64,000 bases of DNA from an uncultured bacterium (GTDB lineage: Bacteria; Patescibacteriota; Saccharimonadia; UBA4664; SCTI01): the NCBI GenBank assembly GCA_963721685.1, contig CAVRJJ010000001.1, positions 4,555-68,554 of the forward strand, written 5' to 3'. This document shows, piece after piece, positions 57,657-64,000 of the stretch (positions within the stretch are counted from its first letter, which is position 1; each line of letters begins with the position of its first letter). A program made the translations under genes and the position numbers. The notes under the pieces are model-generated. The model saw only the letters and a program-made list of their open reading frames with translations. It made no database searches and was not told the origin of the DNA.

Positions 57657-60524
57657 TTGGGCATGCAAGATAAGATTGTGGTTCGGGGTGCGCGGGAACA
57701 CAACTTAAAAAATATTGATGTAGAGATACCGCGCGACAAGCTGGTGGTAATTACCGGATTGAGTGGATCGGGAAAATCTTCGCTAGCCTTTGACACGATC
57801 TACGCCGAGGGCCAACGCCGGTATGTTGAGTCATTAAGTGCCTATGCCCGCCAGTTTCTTGGGCTTATGGAAAAACCTGATGTCGATCAGATTGACGGAC
57901 TAAGTCCCGCGATATCCATTGACCAGAAATCCAGTTCCCGCAACCCACGCTCCACCGTAGGGACAGTGACAGAAATTTATGATTATATGCGGCTCTTGTG
58001 GGCGAGGATTGGTGTACCGCATTGTCCAGTTTGCGGCCGAGAGGTATTGCGGCAGACTTCTGGCCAGATTGTTGACCAGATTTTAAAGCTGCCAGCCGAT
58101 ACCCGCGTAATGGTACTAGCGCCGGTGATTGATGATAAGAAAGGCGAGCACCGGGGGGTGGCGGTTGAGTTAAAAAAGGCCGGTTTTTCGCGTGTAAGGG
58201 TGGACGGCACTATTTATGATGTAGGGGAGTTTCCCGAGCTTGACAAGCAGCGCAAGCATACCGTGCAGGCAGTAGTTGACCGTCTGGTGGTAGAGGAGGA
58301 ATCACGGGGGCGGATCATTGATTCAGTAGAACAAGCCCTCAAGCTGGGCGAGGGGGTTGTCCAAATATTGGAGGCTGATTCCGACAGTACCCTCACCTTT
58401 AGCGAACATTATGCCTGTCCGGTTCACCTTGAAGTGAGTTTGCCGGAAGTAGCGCCGCGCAATTTTTCCTTTAACTCCCCCCATGGAGCCTGTCCGCGTT
58501 GTACCGGCTTGGGCACCCGGCTGGAGGTAGATCCGGAGCTGGTAATTCCCAACCGGCGCCTCTCCATTGCCGAAGGGGCAATCCGGCCGTGGTCGCGTAC
58601 TACCGCGCGGGTGACGTGGTATACCCGCATGCTTGAGGCAGTAGCCAAACAGTATGGCTTTGATATTAATGTCCCGGTTAGCCAAATGAAGCCCGACGAC
58701 TTACGAATTGTTTTGTATGGCGATGGGGGCCAAGGCCTGAGCATGCGCGGTCCTGGCGGCCGCACCTACCACACAACTTATGAAGGGGTGGTTCCTAATA
58801 TGGAACGGCGCTATCACGAAACGGACTCGGATTTTGTGCGCCGCGAGATTAGCAAGTACATGGCGGAGCACCAGTGTCCGGTTTGCGAGGGCAAGCGGCT
58901 TAAACCGGAAATTCTAGCGGTCACGATTGCAGGGAAATCAATTGTTGATATCACCATGGGGTCAATTGAAAATGTGGGTATATTTTTTGATTCATTAAAA
59001 CTTAATGAGCGCGATAGCCAGATCGCCTACCAAATTCTTAAGGAAATTCGGGCACGCTTATCATTCCTGCGAGACGTTGGCCTTAATTACCTCACATTGG
59101 ATCGCAGCGCCAACACCTTAGCCGGGGGTGAGGCTCAGCGTATCCGCCTAGCAACCCAGATTGGTTCAAGCTTAATGGGTGTACTTTATATCCTCGATGA
59201 GCCGTCCATCGGCTTGCACCAGCGGGATAATGACCGGCTGATTTTAACGTTGGAGCGGTTACGCAATCTGGGAAATACGGTAATCGTGGTTGAGCATGAC
59301 GAGGAAACCATGCGCGCGGCCGACTGGCTGATTGATATCGGCCCTCGTGCCGGCGAGCATGGCGGTGAAGTTATCGCGGCTGGCACCGCGGTAGAAGTGG
59401 CGGCCAACGCCGACAGCCTTACCGGCCAATATCTTGCCGGCACAAAGGAGCTGGCCATCCCGGCTAAACGACGCAAGGGAAATGGCAAGATTATCACTAT
59501 TAAAAACGCGCGGGAGCATAACTTAAAGGGAGTAGACGTGGATATTCCTTTAGGGCGGCTAGTCACCGTTACCGGCGTTTCAGGTTCCGGCAAATCCAGC
59601 TTAATAAATGATATTTTGGCTAAGAAGCTGGCACAAGTTTTTCATCGGGCGAGCGACGTGCCAGGCAAACATGATGATATTACCGGTTTGAATAATTTGG
59701 ATAAAGTTATTTCCGTTGACCAGTCGCCGATTGGCCGCACGCCACGCTCAAATCCCGCCACCTATACCGGCGTTTTTGGTGACATCCGGGAGCTGTTCGC
59801 GGCTACTCCCGAAGCAAAAATCCGCGGCTATAAAGCCGGTCGTTTTAGCTTTAATGTGAAAGGCGGGCGCTGTGAGGTGTGCAAAGGAGACGGGATTATT
59901 AAAATTGAAATGCACTTTTTGCCGGATGTATATGTGACTTGCGAGGAGTGTAAGGGCAAACGGTACAATCGTGAAGCCTTAGAGATTCACTACAAGGGTA
60001 AGACCATCTCGGACGTGCTGGGGATGACGGTTGAGGCCGCATCGGAATTTTTTGAAAACATTCCAAAAATTCGCCGGCGGATTGAAACACTTAATAGTGT
60101 CGGCTTGGGTTACATTCGCTTAGGTCAGCCGGCGACCACCTTAAGTGGGGGAGAGGCTCAACGTATTAAACTGGCAACCGAGCTAGCCCGTCGCAGCACA
60201 GGCCGGACACTGTATATTCTGGATGAGCCAACCACCGGACTACATTTTGAAGATGTCAAGCGCTTGCTCGAGGTCTTGAATGCATTGGTAGATGGCGGCA
60301 ATACGGTCTTAGTAATTGAGCACAACCTTGATGTCATTAAGAGCGCCGACTGGATTATTGACATGGGCCCTGAAGGCGGCGGCGGCGGCGGGCAAATGAT
60401 TGCTGAAGGCACGCCGGAGCAAATAGCTGTAGTGAAAGATTCCTACACCGGCCACTATGTTAAAAAGATATTAAACGTTAAACGGTCGCCAAGCCTATCC
60501 TCCAAAAAGAAAGTCCCGGCCTAG
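57657..60524 (+). CDS. uvrA: excinuclease ABC subunit A
   Basis: 955 aa; two ABC modules ('[10 protein letters not shown]' and '[10 protein letters not shown]'); zinc-finger Cys pairs. Confidence 0.95.
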   Translation: MGMQDKIVVRGAREHNLKNIDVEIPRDKLVVITGLSGSGKSSLAFDTIYAEGQRRYVESLSAYARQFLGLMEKPDVDQIDGLSPAISIDQKSSSRNPRSTVGTVTEIYDYMRLLWARIGVPHCPVCGREVLRQTSGQIVDQILKLPADTRVMVLAPVIDDKKGEHRGVAVELKKAGFSRVRVDGTIYDVGEFPELDKQRKHTVQAVVDRLVVEEESRGRIIDSVEQALKLGEGVVQILEADSDSTLTFSEHYACPVHLEVSLPEVAPRNFSFNSPHGACPRCTGLGTRLEVDPELVIPNRRLSIAEGAIRPWSRTTARVTWYTRMLEAVAKQYGFDINVPVSQMKPDDLRIVLYGDGGQGLSMRGPGGRTYHTTYEGVVPNMERRYHETDSDFVRREISKYMAEHQCPVCEGKRLKPEILAVTIAGKSIVDITMGSIENVGIFFDSLKLNERDSQIAYQILKEIRARLSFLRDVGLNYLTLDRSANTLAGGEAQRIRLATQIGSSLMGVLYILDEPSIGLHQRDNDRLILTLERLRNLGNTVIVVEHDEETMRAADWLIDIGPRAGEHGGEVIAAGTAVEVAANADSLTGQYLAGTKELAIPAKRRKGNGKIITIKNAREHNLKGVDVDIPLGRLVTVTGVSGSGKSSLINDILAKKLAQVFHRASDVPGKHDDITGLNNLDKVISVDQSPIGRTPRSNPATYTGVFGDIRELFAATPEAKIRGYKAGRFSFNVKGGRCEVCKGDGIIKIEMHFLPDVYVTCEECKGKRYNREALEIHYKGKTISDVLGMTVEAASEFFENIPKIRRRIETLNSVGLGYIRLGQPATTLSGGEAQRIKLATELARRSTGRTLYILDEPTTGLHFEDVKRLLEVLNALVDGGNTVLVIEHNLDVIKSADWIIDMGPEGGGGGGQMIAEGTPEQIAVVKDSYTGHYVKKILNVKRSPSLSSKKKVPA

Positions 60525-60617
60525 CGGGGTGCCAGGATATTCTAAGCAACAGTCAGCACGAGCTAATCATCTACCCATTACTCTCTCGTGACTTGGCAAA
60601 ATGCTAAAATATAGCTT

Positions 60618-62051
60618 ATGGATTTATCTGAAAAACTTCAAGCCAAGCTAAAAGCACTGCCCAAACAGCCAGGGGTTTATTTCCATAAGGACGCTCAGGG
60701 CAAGATTATTTATATTGGCAAAGCCGCGGTTCTTAAAAACCGGGTGGGGTCGTATTTCCAGCAGAGTCGCCACCGCGACTTTAAGACCAAAATTTTAGTA
60801 GGTGAGATCGTTGACGTCGATTGGATTACGGTGGAGTCCGAAGTTGAAGCGCTGTTTTTGGAAAGCGAGTTCATAAAGCGCTATATGCCGAAATACAATA
60901 TCGATCTTCGTGACGATAAGCACTTCATTTATATTAAAATCCCGATGAAAGACGAATGGCCGGTTATTAGCTATGTGCGGCGACCGCTCGATGACGGTGC
61001 CGAATACTTTGGCCCGTTTACCTCTAGCGACGCGGTACGTAAAGCCATGCGCCAATTGCGCAAGGTCTTCCCTTACGTTACCCATTCAGTACATCCGCTT
61101 CCATCCAGAGCCTGCCTGCACTACCATATTGGTCTATGTCCGGGTCCTGAGTGTGGTGCGACAACAACTGCCGATTATAAACGTAGCTTGAGGCGGTTAA
61201 TGCTCTATATGCATGGCAAAAAAACGACGTTGACTAGTCAGATTGAAAAGGAGATGGTTCGCGCGGCCAAAAAACAGCTTTTTGAGTTGGCCGCGGACCG
61301 CCGCAACCAGTTGCGCAATCTGCAGGCTCTTGGTAAGCAAATGATCTTTAGCGATAAGGAATCATTTGACCTTTCCCGCGACCAAGCTCTGGTGGGGCTG
61401 GCTGACCGGCTTAATCTCAAAGGAATTCCTCGCCGGATAGAATGCTATGATATTTCGCACTTTCAGGGAACCGATAACGTGGCTAGTATGGTGGTGTTTA
61501 CCGACGGCGCCCCCAACAAGGAAGAGTACCGACGGTTTAAAATGCGTCTTGGAGGAAATGACGACTTCGCCCATATGGCTGAAGTTATCCGGCGGCGGTT
61601 TAGCGGGAAAAATTTAGAAAAATGGCTGAAGCCCGACCTCATTATTATTGATGGGGGCAAAGGACAGTTGAGCGCGGCCCTAAAAGTCTTAGACGAAGCC
61701 AAGATCATGATTCCCACTATTGGGCTAGCCAAGCGGGAAGAGGAAATTATTAGGCGGCTGGAGGTAGGCTATGAAAGTATCTTGTTGCCACACAGTTCGC
61801 ATGTACTGCAGTTGCTGCAACGGGTCAGGGATGAGGCCCATCGTTTTGCCGTAACCTACCATGGATTGCTTCGAGGTAAGCGCCAGACGGCGTCAATACT
61901 GGACGAGATCCCCGGCGTAGGGGCGGTAACGCGTAAAAAGCTTATTCGGGCTTTTGGGAGCGTAGCCGGGGTTAAGGCGGCCCCCATCGAGGACATTGCA
62001 GGAATTGTTGGCGAGGCACGCGCTAAAGTAATTGCCGAGTTGTTACGTTAA
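60618..62051 (+). CDS. uvrC: excinuclease ABC subunit C (short form)
   Basis: GIY-YIG 'PGVYFHKDAQGKIIYIGKAAVLKNRVGSYF'; C-terminal HhH 'IPGVGAVTRKKLIRAFGS'. Confidence 0.8.
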   Translation: MDLSEKLQAKLKALPKQPGVYFHKDAQGKIIYIGKAAVLKNRVGSYFQQSRHRDFKTKILVGEIVDVDWITVESEVEALFLESEFIKRYMPKYNIDLRDDKHFIYIKIPMKDEWPVISYVRRPLDDGAEYFGPFTSSDAVRKAMRQLRKVFPYVTHSVHPLPSRACLHYHIGLCPGPECGATTTADYKRSLRRLMLYMHGKKTTLTSQIEKEMVRAAKKQLFELAADRRNQLRNLQALGKQMIFSDKESFDLSRDQALVGLADRLNLKGIPRRIECYDISHFQGTDNVASMVVFTDGAPNKEEYRRFKMRLGGNDDFAHMAEVIRRRFSGKNLEKWLKPDLIIIDGGKGQLSAALKVLDEAKIMIPTIGLAKREEEIIRRLEVGYESILLPHSSHVLQLLQRVRDEAHRFAVTYHGLLRGKRQTASILDEIPGVGAVTRKKLIRAFGSVAGVKAAPIEDIAGIVGEARAKVIAELLR

Positions 62052-62102
62052 CTAAATCTAAATCCCTTTAAATTTGATACAATGCGCGATTATGAGTGAG
62101 CT

Positions 62103-64000
62103 ATGCTAAAGCGGCTAAGACAGATTCTTCGGGCGAAACCGGTGATCATCTCACTTGCAGTAGTTGTTTTATTAACTATCGCTATTGTTGTCGGGTCGGT
62201 GGTGCTGGTCAGCCGGTACGTGGCGGTTGGTACCGGGCTCCAACAGTCATATGATTATAGCCTCCGCCTTGAACAATTGCTATCGGAAGTGAGAAATGCC
62301 GGTATAAATCAGCGGCAGTACCTTATAACTGGCGATCTCACCTACGCGAATGGTTACAACGAGTCAGTTAAAAAAATTAATTCCCAATTGGCAGCCATCA
62401 AGCCCCTACTGGAGTCCAAACAATACGAAAAAATTAGTCGGCTAGTAAAGGTTCGGTTGACGACTTTGTCGAAGGCATCTGATATTTTGCGGAGCGGAGA
62501 CCGTCAGGCAGCTATTGATTCCACGGCAAACATTGAAAGTTTACGGCTTACCAGCCAGCTAACAGCTCAAATATCATCCCTTGAAAAACAAAAAAAACAG
62601 CAAATCGACCAACAGCGCGCCGCGACTTCTCGGTTATCCAACCTGGTTTTATTCGCTATTGCCGGTTGCGCGCTCATCAGTTGCGTCCTGATTGGATTTG
62701 TACTGCACTTAGTATTCGATTTGGAAAAAAAGGAAAAAAGTTTACGGCGCTCGCAGGGCGAACTGCAGTCAATTGTGGATCACGCGCCAAACTATATCCA
62801 AATGTTAGACCTGGACCTGAAAAGGGTTTTTATAAGCCGTTCCGCTGAAGGGACTACCACAGAGCCGTTACTTGGGAAGGTTTTCGGTGATTTTATGGAC
62901 AAGAGTGAGAAGCGGCGTGTTCACCGTATCTTACGCCAGGTAATTAAGACTAGCCGCTCAACCGATTTTGAGTTTGTGACCCATCTTGATGGAGGCGAAC
63001 AGTGGTACAAAAATAGTGTCGGCCCTATATATACCGGGAATATTATAACTGGGCTGGTATTAATTACGTTTGATACCAGCCGAGAGAAACAAGCGCTACG
63101 CAGCTTGGAAAAACAAAAAGAAGCAGCGGAGGAAGCGCAGGTTCAATCCGAGGCACTGCTTAAAAGTATTGGCGAAGGGTTGTTGGTGATTGACGAGCAT
63201 GGCGTAATAGCGAACGCCAACGCCGCTGCCACAACGGCATTGGGATATAAGGCAAACGCGCTTGTTGGAAAGTGGTTTCCCGGAACCGTGCTCGCGCTTG
63301 ATGCCCAAGGCAACGCTGTCCATCCGCTTAACCGGCCGGCCACCCAGGCATTAATGTCTGGCCGGGTGATTAGCGACACAATCACCTATCAGCGAAAAGA
63401 CGGTTCAACCTTTCCGGTGGCGTTAACGGTGTCGCCGGTGATTATCAAAGGTAAGCCGGTGGGGGCGATTGAAGTCTTCAGAGACTTAACCAATGAGCGG
63501 GAACTAGAGCACGCAAAAGAGCAGTTTGTATCCTTGGCGTCCCATCAATTGAGGACACCGGCAACGGGTGCCAAAGCTTTTATTTCAGTGCTGCTGGACG
63601 GCTATGCCGGAAAACTAACGGAGCGCCAGCGGGAATACATAGAAAAAATCCAGAAAACCAATGAGCGCCAGCTGGAAATTATTAACGATATGCTAAACGT
63701 TGCTCGGATAGATAGCGGAAGAATTATGCCTGAGATAGTGAGTACCAATATCGCCCAATTGCTGCGTGAAATTGTAGAGGAGCAGCGGCCCATGGCAACA
63801 GAGCGGCAACAGCGGCTGGAGTTAATCCTCCCCTCCAAAACCCCATCGATTCTTTGTGATCCAAAACTTATGCATATGGCTTTGGATAACATTTTAAACA
63901 ATGCCAGCAAGTATACTTATAAAGGGGGAGATATTAGCGTTAGTTTACGCTTTTCTGCAAGCCTGGCACACATCCGTGTTGAGGACACAGGTGTGGGCAT
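62103..64000 (+). CDS. sensor histidine kinase with CHASE3 periplasmic domain and PAS domain(s); 3'-partial at window end
   Basis: translated by hand: 'NQRQYLITGD' CHASE3 motif between two TMs, H-box 'SHQLRTP', N-box 'LDNILNNASKYT', G1 'EDTGVG'; no stop before 64000. Confidence 0.7.
   Translation, partial: MLKRLRQILRAKPVIISLAVVVLLTIAIVVGSVVLVSRYVAVGTGLQQSYDYSLRLEQLLSEVRNAGINQRQYLITGDLTYANGYNESVKKINSQLAAIKPLLESKQYEKISRLVKVRLTTLSKASDILRSGDRQAAIDSTANIESLRLTSQLTAQISSLEKQKKQQIDQQRAATSRLSNLVLFAIAGCALISCVLIGFVLHLVFDLEKKEKSLRRSQGELQSIVDHAPNYIQMLDLDLKRVFISRSAEGTTTEPLLGKVFGDFMDKSEKRRVHRILRQVIKTSRSTDFEFVTHLDGGEQWYKNSVGPIYTGNIITGLVLITFDTSREKQALRSLEKQKEAAEEAQVQSEALLKSIGEGLLVIDEHGVIANANAAATTALGYKANALVGKWFPGTVLALDAQGNAVHPLNRPATQALMSGRVISDTITYQRKDGSTFPVALTVSPVIIKGKPVGAIEVFRDLTNERELEHAKEQFVSLASHQLRTPATGAKAFISVLLDGYAGKLTERQREYIEKIQKTNERQLEIINDMLNVARIDSGRIMPEIVSTNIAQLLREIVEEQRPMATERQQRLELILPSKTPSILCDPKLMHMALDNILNNASKYTYKGGDISVSLRFSASLAHIRVEDTGVG

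Overview
This 64-kb window looks like chromosome, about 50% GC, from a small-genome bacterium with a Gram-positive-type envelope (LPXTG/sortase-type signals). The gene content is Saccharibacteria/CPR-like: fused or truncated enzymes, a two-subunit transketolase, a monofunctional riboflavin kinase, and many small membrane or DUF proteins. No rRNA or tRNA genes, CRISPR arrays, transposases or integrases were recognised.

Layout of the window:
- 0-13 kb: accessory small proteins (MEDS-domain, DUF2975+XRE pair, DUF1801, DUF1697, SemiSWEET, membrane-anchored spermidine synthase), a DrrAB-type ABC exporter, and a small-ORF/Y-family DNA polymerase operon preceded by a GTTC-N7-GTTC box.
- 13.6-18.1 kb: phosphoketolase carrying an unusual C-terminal CoA-binding domain, translationally coupled to an AMP-forming acetyl-CoA synthetase.
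- 18.6-27.3 kb: the most interesting region. It is a contiguous cell-surface locus with two tandem paralogous secreted Thr/Ser/Asn-rich proteins, a DUF916-like anchored protein (together Csc/WxL-like), a dockerin protein followed by two cohesin-like anchored proteins, a 68-aa LPQTG sorting-signal mini-protein with its own strong promoter, and a processive GT2 polysaccharide synthase.
- 28.5-33 kb: monofunctional riboflavin kinase, a GlgB-like GH13 enzyme, SAH hydrolase, and an adenosine kinase of the M. tuberculosis AdoK type.
- 35-45 kb: histidine kinase, RNA m5U methyltransferase, tgt, VIT-like protein, SLT-like protein, LPXTG protein with a Pro/Ala stalk, COG0523 GTPase, stand-alone receiver, glutaredoxin-trxB.
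- 45.2-45.9 kb: a sharply high-GC island (about 65% GC, actinobacterial-style codon bias) encoding an Arg-rich 141-aa protein, inserted right after the trxB terminator.
- 45.9-50.5 kb: ppa-gap-rpiB-rpe-tktN-tktC.
- 50.5-64 kb: gmk, a pfkB kinase-unknown-LOG/TIGR00725 operon, uvrB, pilin-like protein, uvrA, uvrC, and a CHASE3-PAS histidine kinase running off the window end.
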